This document shows positions 52,206 to 61,501 of a DNA stretch of 64,000 nucleotides, piece after piece. A program made the translations under genes and the position numbers. Numbering within the stretch: position 1 is the stretch's first letter; each line of letters starts with the position of its first letter. The DNA is from an uncultured Clostridia bacterium. Its GTDB lineage: Bacteria; Bacillota; Clostridia; TANB77; CAG-508. The notes beneath the pieces were generated by a model that was given only the letters and a program-made list of their open reading frames with translations, made no database searches and was not told where the DNA came from. The stretch is from assembly GCA_934120645.1 (NCBI GenBank), contig CAKOUO010000001.1, forward strand, positions 131,273-195,272. The letters are read 5' to 3'.

Positions 52206-54413
52206 TTAATATTTTTTATAACAAATATTTAAATCAGCATATCCTAAAATTCCATCTACAATTCCTTTACTTGTATGTTGCCATATTGCATATCTTCCAT
52301 TATAACTAGGACCTGAACTAATATTTTCTTTATAACTTGCAATCCATGTATCATATTCAGATAAACCTGACATATTTAATTTGTTATAAGCCCAATCTAC
52401 ATTTGTATATATCATTGGTGTATATCCTGCGTTTTGAATTGTTTGACAGAATAATTTTGCTAAATATGTACGTGTGTTTTTGTCTAGATTTTGTGTTCTA
52501 GGTATATCAGTTGGTTTTTCTAATCCTGGAGCTTCTATGTCTATTGCAATAGGATATTCTAATTTATATCCTTTTATTTTATCTAGTACCCAGTTTGCCT
52601 CTTCTATTGCTTCAGCTGGTGTAATAGCTTGTGTTATAAAATATACACCTACTGGGATACCTGCTTGTTTCGCAGCTTGTATATTTGCTCTAAATGTTGC
52701 ATCTTCTCTAAAATTACCGGCTTGTCCATATCCTCTGTATCCTACTCTTATCATTGCAAAATCTTTTCCGCTTCTTTTTACAAATCCCCAATTTACACTT
52801 CCATTATATTGGCTAACATCAATTCCATTATATTGATGTTTATACTTTGGCACAATTCTAATTCTTATAGCTTCTATTCTCTTTCCTTGTCCTACTGTTC
52901 CTGCTGTTTCTCCATCTATATACCATCCTGTCCAACCTATATTTTGCACATGTACTTGATATTCAATTGTATATTTATCCATATTTTCTAATTTTATTTG
53001 TAGAGCTTCTATTCTTAATCCAGCTCCAACTGTTCCTGCTGTCAAACCATCTTGTACCCAATTTTGCCAACCAATACTTTGGACATGTGTTCTATATACT
53101 ATTTTTGCTCCAGCAGGGGCTCCATATAATTTTATATTTAACGCTTCTAGCCTTAATCCTCTTCCAGATGTTCCTGCTAATCCACCGTCATAAATTTTTT
53201 CTTGCCAGCCTACACTTTGCACATGTGTTTTATAACCAACATGTAATCCTCTATCTATATTAACATTTACTGCGTATCCTTGTATCTTTTCCCCTTTTGA
53301 AGAAATTATGAATACTTTTATTGTATGATTTCCTGACGAAATACTTGATGTATTTAAATTTATTTCAAATCCTGGTGTTGGATTTTCTGCACTACTACCA
53401 TATCCAGATATTGCTTTTATTACATCATCTCTTTTTTTATAAACTATAGAACTTTCAGATATTGGTGTTGTGTTATTATCTATGTAAACACTTATTTTAT
53501 TATTAGAAACATTTGCCATTTTCCATCCAGATATTTGTATACTTGTTGGGCTATAAAATTTAGTTCCACTTTTAGGGGTATCTATATGTATTAATCCCTT
53601 TTTAGTTTTTGGTACTATTTTTATTTCAATTGCTTCTAATCTTAATCCTCTTCCAGATGTTCCTGCCATTTCTCCATCTGTTTTCCAACTTTGCCATCCT
53701 ACATTTTGTACGTGTACTCTATACATAACAGAATAATCATCTGATGTTTCTAATTGAATTTTTATAGCTTCTAGCCTTAATCCTCTTCCAGATGTTCCTG
53801 CTAATTCTCCATTTTGTTTCCAACCTTGCCATCCCACATTTTGTACGTGTACTTGGTATTTCACTTTAACTTTTGAAGCAATATCTCCTACTAATTGAAT
53901 ATTTATAGCTTCTAGTCTCAACCCTTTTCCAGATGTTCCTGCTGTTTCTCCATTTTGTTTCCAATTTTGCCATCCTACATTTTGTACGTGTGTTTTATAT
54001 TGAATACTATTACTTACTGTTGCTTTAAATGTTTTTGCTTCAAATGGCTCTGCTTCTAATGCTTCTACCTGTGCTGGATTATTATTTTCATTCTTTTTAG
54101 TTGTGTTATTAGTTGTATTATTAGTTGTATTATCAACTGTATTATTGCCTATAGTATTACTTATTGTATTGTTTGTAGTATTATTTGCTATATCATTTTT
54201 TGTTGTATTATTTTTGGCTACATCATTTTCTGTAGTATTGTTTGCCTTTGAGTTATTTTCTTTTAAAGTATTGTTGATTGTATTTACCTGATTTTCTATT
54301 TCATTTGCATTATTATTAGATTCATTATATGCAAATATAATACTTGAAAACATATTAATTAATAAAGAAAATAACAATATCGTTGCTAAAATTTTACATT
54401 TAATTTTTTTCAT
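52206..54413 (-). CDS. Secreted cell-wall hydrolase: six ChW repeats + Ig-like domain + C-terminal GH25 muramidase
   Basis: Signal peptide and an N/T-rich linker. Two triplets of Y(K/Q/R)xHVQNVGWQxW...AGTSGxGLRLEAI repeats. C-terminal GIDVSQYNGSVNW...MIRVGYRG (GH25). ATG 54413 follows GGAGGG. Confidence 0.88.
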   Translation of the reverse strand: MKKIKCKILATILLFSLLINMFSSIIFAYNESNNNANEIENQVNTINNTLKENNSKANNTTENDVAKNNTTKNDIANNTTNNTISNTIGNNTVDNTTNNTTNNTTKKNENNNPAQVEALEAEPFEAKTFKATVSNSIQYKTHVQNVGWQNWKQNGETAGTSGKGLRLEAINIQLVGDIASKVKVKYQVHVQNVGWQGWKQNGELAGTSGRGLRLEAIKIQLETSDDYSVMYRVHVQNVGWQSWKTDGEMAGTSGRGLRLEAIEIKIVPKTKKGLIHIDTPKSGTKFYSPTSIQISGWKMANVSNNKISVYIDNNTTPISESSIVYKKRDDVIKAISGYGSSAENPTPGFEINLNTSSISSGNHTIKVFIISSKGEKIQGYAVNVNIDRGLHVGYKTHVQSVGWQEKIYDGGLAGTSGRGLRLEALNIKLYGAPAGAKIVYRTHVQSIGWQNWVQDGLTAGTVGAGLRIEALQIKLENMDKYTIEYQVHVQNIGWTGWYIDGETAGTVGQGKRIEAIRIRIVPKYKHQYNGIDVSQYNGSVNWGFVKRSGKDFAMIRVGYRGYGQAGNFREDATFRANIQAAKQAGIPVGVYFITQAITPAEAIEEANWVLDKIKGYKLEYPIAIDIEAPGLEKPTDIPRTQNLDKNTRTYLAKLFCQTIQNAGYTPMIYTNVDWAYNKLNMSGLSEYDTWIASYKENISSGPSYNGRYAIWQHTSKGIVDGILGYADLNICYKKY

Positions 54414-54478
54414 TTTTACCCTCCTATTATCCATCTATATTTATTTTAATTTATTTTCTTATTAAAATCAATAACTTT

Positions 54479-55711
54479 TTATTGCATATTTTTTCTATTT
54501 TTTTCTTTATTTAATTCATATGCAAAGAAAATTGTTAATAATATAAATAAAGTAATAGTTGTAATCATATTAGATAATATAGCACCATTCATTTGCCACT
54601 TATTTACACATATATTTGAAACAATTAGTGCCAATATAGATGTTATAATATATGCTAAAGTTGTCAATTTCTGTTTTCTTATTGTACTTAATGCATATAA
54701 CATAACTGTTGCTGATGCATAAAAAAATCCAGATACAACAAGTAATATCATTTCCATTTTATATGGTGTTAGTTCTATTCCATATATAAATGATAATACT
54801 GGTACTCCAAACAAAGCACATGCAATATCAATACAAATAGTAGCTCCTGCCAAAATTAATACTATATATATAATTGATTTTATAAATTTAGAATATTCTC
54901 TGCTATTCCATAAATCGCCAAATGGTTTTAAAAATGGTTTTATTACAAATGCACTAACTAGATTTATAACAAATGTTGGCATATATATTACATTAAAATA
55001 TGTTTGCATTGTATAATCTCCAAAATTATCTATTGCATATTTAGTTGCATTTATAATATATAAGCTTAGGCAAGTTGATATTGCAAGCGGAAAACAGTCA
55101 ATTAAAATTTCTTTTATATGCAATTTATCAAATTTTATTTCTATCTTTTGAAAGTTTGATAAAATTCTTACATCCCATAATAAAAATAGTACTAAATTAG
55201 TAATAACAAGTGTTATACAAGAGATTATTACATTTTTAGTTATCAAGTCTGCTATAAAGAACATTATTAAAGAACTTGATACTCTTATTACCATTGATTT
55301 TCCACCTAAATCTAGCCTATTTCTTAATTGAAATTCGCCTTGATAAGTTTCACTTAAATTGTCTATTACTTTAAAAGCAATTAATGAAATACATATCCAT
55401 AGTTTTTCTGTTGTATAACCACTTAAATTTATAAATATAATTCCTATTATTACCATACTTATAACAACAACAATTCTTGCTAATAAGTAATCTCCAAATT
55501 TATATTTTCTGTTTGTGTCTGTTACTTGATAAATTCTTATTCCAAAATCTCCTATTGCATTTAAAATAGTAGCTGTTGCAAAGCTTATTGAAAACATTCC
55601 TGCTATTTCTGTTCCATTTAATCTTGTGCAAAACATTAATAATACTGCACTTAATAATGATTCAACAAAGCTTCCTAGTGTATTCCATATTATTTCTGAC
55701 TTTTTTACCAT
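54479..55711 (-). CDS. Wzx-type oligosaccharide flippase (MOP superfamily)
   Basis: 410 aa, about 12 TM helices, polysaccharide-biosynthesis-protein-like N-terminus. Confidence 0.78.
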   Translation of the reverse strand: MVKKSEIIWNTLGSFVESLLSAVLLMFCTRLNGTEIAGMFSISFATATILNAIGDFGIRIYQVTDTNRKYKFGDYLLARIVVVISMVIIGIIFINLSGYTTEKLWICISLIAFKVIDNLSETYQGEFQLRNRLDLGGKSMVIRVSSSLIMFFIADLITKNVIISCITLVITNLVLFLLWDVRILSNFQKIEIKFDKLHIKEILIDCFPLAISTCLSLYIINATKYAIDNFGDYTMQTYFNVIYMPTFVINLVSAFVIKPFLKPFGDLWNSREYSKFIKSIIYIVLILAGATICIDIACALFGVPVLSFIYGIELTPYKMEMILLVVSGFFYASATVMLYALSTIRKQKLTTLAYIITSILALIVSNICVNKWQMNGAILSNMITTITLFILLTIFFAYELNKEKNRKNMQ

Positions 55712-55726
55712 TTTTTCTCCTCTGTT

Positions 55727-56863
55727 TTATTGATTTTTATACTTTATAGTTTCGGCTATTTTTTTAGCTGTAACATCCCATGAAAATTCATCTTTTACTT
55801 TTTGTTTTATATTTGTACTTAGTTTTTTAATTTCTTCTGTATTATCTATTAATTTTTCAATTTTTTCTAATATTTCATCTGTTTCAAAACCACATATATA
55901 ACCTATGTCATCACTTGAAATAATTTCTGTTGTTCCTCCCATTGGTGTTGCTACAACTGCACAGTTCATAATTCCTGCTTCTAATATTGATGTTGGTAAT
56001 CCTTCAGAAAATGCTGATGGGTTAACAAATATTGTTGTTTTTCCAAGTAATTTTAAAACTTCTTCATGTGATATTTTTCCTAAAATATGTATGTTTTTTT
56101 CTTCTTTGTTTTCTATTACTATTTTTTCAAGTATTGGTCCTGCACCGGCTAAATCTAATTCTAAATTGTTATATTTTTTTTCTAATTTTTTAAATGCTTC
56201 TATTAATTTTAAAACACCTTTTTCTTCTATCATTCTTCCAACATATGTTATAACAATTTTATCTTGATTTTCTTCTATATATTTTTGATATTTTTCTACT
56301 TCTTCTATATCTATAGAATTATAAAATACCCCTTTTGCATTTATGTTAAAATGTTTTAACCATTCGGTACATTTTTTAGAAACACCATAAAAATCTTTTA
56401 CATTTTTCTTTATTCTATCTGTTAATTTATGTTCATATATTTCTCCGAATTTATCTAATATTTTATTATTTACTGTAAAATGTGTGCTTCCATGTTCTAT
56501 TAAACAGGCAGGTATATTATTTTTTGCTATAAATTTAGATGCAAAATATGATGTTGTCCAAAATCTAGTTTGAATAATAGCAGAATCTATATTTTCACTT
56601 TCTAACATTTTAAATATTTCTTTAAATCTCTTATTTTGCTTATTTATTGGGTATCTTTCTGCAAAAATTTTATATGTTGGTAATCTATATATTTTTGCAT
56701 ATTCTGTTTCTTCTATTTCTTTTAAATCTTTACTATATCTTGAAGTAACAATTATTACGCGATATCCCATTTTATTTAATTTTTTAGCTAAATTATATGT
56801 ATATCTTTCTACTCCCCCTAAATGAGGTAAATAATATCCTGAAAAAATTGCTATTGTTTTCAT
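55727..56863 (-). CDS. GT4 (GT-B fold) glycosyltransferase
   Basis: N-terminal GGVERY motif and the C-terminal EGLPTSILEAG EX7E region. Confidence 0.88.
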   Translation of the reverse strand: MKTIAIFSGYYLPHLGGVERYTYNLAKKLNKMGYRVIIVTSRYSKDLKEIEETEYAKIYRLPTYKIFAERYPINKQNKRFKEIFKMLESENIDSAIIQTRFWTTSYFASKFIAKNNIPACLIEHGSTHFTVNNKILDKFGEIYEHKLTDRIKKNVKDFYGVSKKCTEWLKHFNINAKGVFYNSIDIEEVEKYQKYIEENQDKIVITYVGRMIEEKGVLKLIEAFKKLEKKYNNLELDLAGAGPILEKIVIENKEEKNIHILGKISHEEVLKLLGKTTIFVNPSAFSEGLPTSILEAGIMNCAVVATPMGGTTEIISSDDIGYICGFETDEILEKIEKLIDNTEEIKKLSTNIKQKVKDEFSWDVTAKKIAETIKYKNQ

Positions 56864-56878
56864 TTGATTTTCTCCTAA

Positions 56879-57799
56879 TTATAATCTTCCAAATAAGAAT
56901 AATATTCTACACATTATTTCATCTATAACATTTTGTCTAAACATTTTTGGATAAAATAATTTTTTTATAGATTTTATGAAATTATATTTTAAAGAAAATA
57001 AATTAATTATTTTCTTGTTATTTTCCTTTAATTCCGTATAAAATTGATTTTTATATTTATTTATTTGTTCTCTTATATTTTTAAAATATTTTCCAAATAT
57101 AAATTTTTTAATTCTATAAATTTGTAATGTAATTCCAGCTTTTCCACTAGGACTTACATTACTTCCTGTTCTTCTATATTCTACTGTAGCTTCATTATCA
57201 TAAACTACTTCTCCTAGTCCAGCTGCTATCATATATGCCCACCAATCATGGAAGCAAATATTATCTGTTCCTGATTTTAGTATTTTTTCTGCTAATTTTT
57301 TATTAAAGACTTCTACTATTCCAAAAGAAATACATTCTACTATTGAATTTTCAAAGCTTGTTCCCTTTTTATTTAAATTAGATTTGTTTACAAAATTTAA
57401 ATTTTCGTCACAATAGTTAAATTCAGAAAAATATAGTAATGGTATCTCTTGGCTTTTTTCACTTAATTTTGTTATTGCTTTTTCTATTTTATCAGTATGC
57501 CATTTATCATCTTGATCACAATAAGCAAAATATTCTGCATTGCTATACGCTTCTTTTAGGCATTCATAAAAACTGCCTACGACACCTACATTTTTTCCTT
57601 TTATAAAGTGTATTTTATTTTGTTTTTGATAGTCTTCTAATATATTTATTGTATTATCTTTTGAACCATCATCTCTAACATATATTTCGATATTTTTATA
57701 TGTTTGGTTTAATAGACTTTCTAATTGTTCTTTGACATATTTTTCTCCATTATATGTAGACATACATATAATTACTTTTGGATTATTTTGTTCTTCCAT
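56879..57799 (-). CDS. GT2 glycosyltransferase (rhamnosyltransferase-like)
   Basis: ICMSTYNGEKYVKEQLESLLNQTY, with DDGSKD and DQDD motifs. Confidence 0.85.
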   Translation of the reverse strand: MEEQNNPKVIICMSTYNGEKYVKEQLESLLNQTYKNIEIYVRDDGSKDNTINILEDYQKQNKIHFIKGKNVGVVGSFYECLKEAYSNAEYFAYCDQDDKWHTDKIEKAITKLSEKSQEIPLLYFSEFNYCDENLNFVNKSNLNKKGTSFENSIVECISFGIVEVFNKKLAEKILKSGTDNICFHDWWAYMIAAGLGEVVYDNEATVEYRRTGSNVSPSGKAGITLQIYRIKKFIFGKYFKNIREQINKYKNQFYTELKENNKKIINLFSLKYNFIKSIKKLFYPKMFRQNVIDEIMCRILFLFGRL

Positions 57800-57826
57800 T
57801 TTTATTAGTTCCCTTCACATATGTAA

Positions 57827-58168
57827 CTATTTGTTATTTTCTTTGTGTTCTTTTAATGCTATATAATGGTCTAAATCTTTTATCTTTTCATTTAACTCTG
57901 TTATATGTATATTATCAATAAATGTTTGCATTAATAAAAAAGCTATCATTATTAAAAATACAAAATTTACTGGAGCTACAAATCCTAATTTTTCTGATAA
58001 CCATGCAACTGCATTTGAAAATATACTCATCAATATTAAAATTATACTTCCAAGCATCCATGTTACAGAATTTGCAACTTTTAGCTTTGACTGTTTTATT
58101 TTTTTTACACATAAGAAAAATGATATAAATGAACTTATTATTAATATAATTCTTAATGTTATTGACAT
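57827..58168 (-). CDS. Small membrane protein, DUF2304-like
   Basis: 113 aa, 3 TM helices and a coiled C-terminus. Classic position downstream of a GT2 gene. Confidence 0.55.
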   Translation of the reverse strand: MSITLRIILIISSFISFFLCVKKIKQSKLKVANSVTWMLGSIILILMSIFSNAVAWLSEKLGFVAPVNFVFLIMIAFLLMQTFIDNIHITELNEKIKDLDHYIALKEHKENNK

Positions 58169-58184
58169 ATTTTTTCACCTCTAA

Positions 58185-58874
58185 CTATTTATTTTTTCTT
58201 GTTATTGATCTTATAAATAATATTGAAAATATCATATTTATCATATATTTTGCAGATCTAATAGGATTTAAGTAGCTTTCTCCAAATTCTCTATCTTTCA
58301 TTTCTACTTGAACTTCTTTTACATTTAATCCCTTTTTCATCATATATACTAGTGTATCTGGTTCTGGTGTTAAACTTGCATTTCTATTAAATTCCCATAT
58401 AGCCTTTTTATTATAAGCTCTCATACCAGATGTCGGATCTGCTATTTTTTTACCTGTTGTTAATTTTATATTTAAAGAAATTAATCTACTACCTAACATT
58501 CTTGCTGTAAAAGGCTTTTTAACTGTTACAAATCTAGATCCTACTGCTACATCAACTTTATTTTCCTCTATTTCTTTAACAAGTTCTTTTAAATATTTTG
58601 CCTCATGTTGACCATCTCCATCAAATTGTATTGCAATGTCATAACCATTTTGATATGCATATTTCATTCCAAGTTGAATTCCACTTGTTAATCCATAGTT
58701 AATTGGTAGTGATAACATATTAAAATTATTTTTTTCACATTCTTCTTTTGTGTTATCTTTTGAACAGTCATTAATAACTATATAATCATAGTCAGTATTT
58801 TCTGTAACATCTTTTACTGTTTTTTCAATGTTTTGTGCTTCATTATAAGCTGGTATCATTATTAAAACTTTCAT
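58185..58874 (-). CDS. GT2 glycosyltransferase
   Basis: IPAYNEAQNI, NDCSKDNT and FDGDGQH motifs. Confidence 0.88.
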   Translation of the reverse strand: MKVLIMIPAYNEAQNIEKTVKDVTENTDYDYIVINDCSKDNTKEECEKNNFNMLSLPINYGLTSGIQLGMKYAYQNGYDIAIQFDGDGQHEAKYLKELVKEIEENKVDVAVGSRFVTVKKPFTARMLGSRLISLNIKLTTGKKIADPTSGMRAYNKKAIWEFNRNASLTPEPDTLVYMMKKGLNVKEVQVEMKDREFGESYLNPIRSAKYMINMIFSILFIRSITRKNK

Positions 58875-58910
58875 ATTTTTTTACATATTTTAATTAATAT
58901 GTTTCCTCCT

Positions 58911-60452
58911 TTATACATAATTTCTAAATACTGTTAGTAGTGTTGCTATATTTAAAATCATTGATATTGCCATCATTTTTTGATTTACATTTTTTATTTC
59001 CCAATTATTATCTTTTTTAACAAGACATAATAAAGCTAAAATTAAAATTGGTGTATAATATCTACCTTGAACTCCACAAATTCTTTCTAATCCGACAGGT
59101 GTAAAATAAATATACATACTTATTTTTAACAAAGCTGATATTGTTAATAAAATTGCTATAATCCATATTTTAGATTTAGTACTAAATTGATATTTGCTTT
59201 TTTCTGATATGGCAGATAAAATTAGTATAATTATATATGAAGTTATTATTCCCATATCAACTTTTACATTAAGCCATCCTAAGTCTGATCCTACTGCACC
59301 AAAAATATAATCTTGTCCATATATTACATATTCTCTGATAAATGTTTTTATAAATTTGGCTGGATTTTCCTTTATATAACTTATTTGTCTTCCTTGGTCT
59401 ACATTTGCAATTCTATTATATTCTAAAGTAACATCTGGAGATGATTTATATCTTGAAACAAAAGCAAACCAACCTATTGCAAAAATACTTCCAATTAAAA
59501 TCATTGTTATTACTGTTTTTAATTTTTCTTTTCTTGTTTCTTTTTTATTAAATATTGTTATAAATAAAATTCCTGCAACTAATATATATACATATTTGAA
59601 CATTGCGATTAATGCTGTGAAAATATATAATATTATCTTGTCTTTTTTTGTAATTTCTGTTTCTTTAAATGTCATATAAATTAAGTGTGTTATATAATAA
59701 ATTAATGTTGCATTTAAAATTGTATCTGCTGAGCATGATGCGGCTTGGTGTAACATCATTGGCATACATAAGTATATAGCCATAGCTAATTTTCCAAATG
59801 GTAATTTTTTTATAGTAAAATAACCAAATATTAAAAAAATTATTATATTGATTAACCTTGCTAAATAAATTGCAAGAACAATGTTTATATTAAATAATTT
59901 TCCTATACTTAATCCTAATACTGTTCCTAGATACAAAACTGGTGAATTTCCTTGTGCTGCACAAACTGTTTTTATTTGTTCATCATAATTAGTTTCTTGT
60001 CCAATTTCATCTATTACATTTTGATAGTTTTGGAAACGTGAATGTGAATAGTTTTCTAATGCTTTTAGTGATATACAAGATGAGTTACCTTCTTTATCAA
60101 TTTGTGTAAATATGTTTCCAATTGATATATCATAAGCTTTCATTATATGTGTTCCTTCATCTGGAACATTTAATGGTAATACAAATATTGCATATCCTAT
60201 ACTTAATGGTATTGCAAATGCTACAAATATTTTTTCTATTACTTTTTTGCTATTTTTGCATACATATATAATTATTCCTAATACTAATATTCCTAGTATA
60301 CATGTATAGATAATTTTATTTAATGGATAATATCCTTTATATGCTTTTGTAGTTAGTACATCAATTACTTGTGTTACTAATAATATTGATATTATAAACT
60401 CTATTATATATATTAATTTATTAAATATATTCTTAATTTTTTCTTTCATCAA
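58911..60452 (-). CDS. Large polytopic membrane protein, DUF2142-like (putative lipid-linked glycosyltransferase or polymerase)
   Basis: 513 aa with more than 10 TM helices. A PDEGTHIMKAYDIS loop follows TM1-3, as in DUF2142 (recalled from memory). Confidence 0.55.
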   Translation of the reverse strand: MMKEKIKNIFNKLIYIIEFIISILLVTQVIDVLTTKAYKGYYPLNKIIYTCILGILVLGIIIYVCKNSKKVIEKIFVAFAIPLSIGYAIFVLPLNVPDEGTHIMKAYDISIGNIFTQIDKEGNSSCISLKALENYSHSRFQNYQNVIDEIGQETNYDEQIKTVCAAQGNSPVLYLGTVLGLSIGKLFNINIVLAIYLARLINIIIFLIFGYFTIKKLPFGKLAMAIYLCMPMMLHQAASCSADTILNATLIYYITHLIYMTFKETEITKKDKIILYIFTALIAMFKYVYILVAGILFITIFNKKETRKEKLKTVITMILIGSIFAIGWFAFVSRYKSSPDVTLEYNRIANVDQGRQISYIKENPAKFIKTFIREYVIYGQDYIFGAVGSDLGWLNVKVDMGIITSYIIILILSAISEKSKYQFSTKSKIWIIAILLTISALLKISMYIYFTPVGLERICGVQGRYYTPILILALLCLVKKDNNWEIKNVNQKMMAISMILNIATLLTVFRNYV

Positions 60453-60465
60453 TTACCTTCCCTAT

Positions 60466-61500
60466 CTATTTTACTTTTTCAAGTGATTCTGTTTTTTGTT
60501 CCTTTTTAAAAAAGTTTTGAATACTTTTGTTTATCATATATAAGATTTTTGCACATATACCAATAACTACCCAACAAGTTATATATAGGCATATTGTTTC
60601 AATTATTCTTAAAGAAGAATTTTGGAATGTGCTTTCTATTTTCATTATAATGTAATGGTGTACTAAAAATATTGCATATGAATATTTACCTATTGTACTA
60701 AATATTTTTTGTATTGTAATATTTTCTATTTTTTCACCTATATAGCCTAATACTATAAATAGGTTATATCCAATAAAATTAGCTATTAAAACTTTTATAT
60801 TTGCATCATTGGCAGGTATTAAATATGCTACTATTGATAAAATTAATGCTATTATAAATTGCCATAATTTAAATTGTTTAATATATTTAATTATATACAT
60901 TCCTAATACAAAACTATATGTGCATATTATTAAATTTTTATTTATTGGCATAATTCCATTTTTATAAAAAATTAATAGTGCAAAATTTATAATTGTATAT
61001 ACTGATATAAATGTTTTTGGGTATTTATTAACTAATTTTCTTAACATTGGGAATAGAACATATATTAATACTATACAGCCTAAAAACCATTCTCCTATTA
61101 AATAAAATGTTTTTGTATATGGACTTAAATATCCATCCATTGCTAATAATGATATTCCTAATTTATAAGTTGGTAAATCCCATATTATTTTTTTGCATCC
61201 ATAAAAAATGTAAATAAATACAAGTGTATATGCTATCCAAAACATTGGGTATATTCCTAAAAATCTTTTTTTAGCATATTTTTTTATGTCTATATTTTCT
61301 CCATAGTTATACATTAATGAAGCTCCAGAAATCATAAAAAATAATGTTACACCTATCATTCCCCATTTTCCATTAGAAAATATTTTTATTCCTGTTATAT
61401 TATTTTCTGCAAAATGCACATAGAAATGATATGTTACTATCATTAACATTGATATTACTCTTATAAAATCTAAATAAAATATCTTTTTCTTTTTTTCCAT
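60466..61500 (-). CDS. Acyltransferase family 3 (O-acetyltransferase)
   Basis: FYLDFIRVISMLMIVTYHF N-terminus. 10 TM helices. Confidence 0.85.
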   Translation of the reverse strand: MEKKKKIFYLDFIRVISMLMIVTYHFYVHFAENNITGIKIFSNGKWGMIGVTLFFMISGASLMYNYGENIDIKKYAKKRFLGIYPMFWIAYTLVFIYIFYGCKKIIWDLPTYKLGISLLAMDGYLSPYTKTFYLIGEWFLGCIVLIYVLFPMLRKLVNKYPKTFISVYTIINFALLIFYKNGIMPINKNLIICTYSFVLGMYIIKYIKQFKLWQFIIALILSIVAYLIPANDANIKVLIANFIGYNLFIVLGYIGEKIENITIQKIFSTIGKYSYAIFLVHHYIIMKIESTFQNSSLRIIETICLYITCWVVIGICAKILYMINKSIQNFFKKEQKTESLEKVK

Positions 61501-61501
61501 T

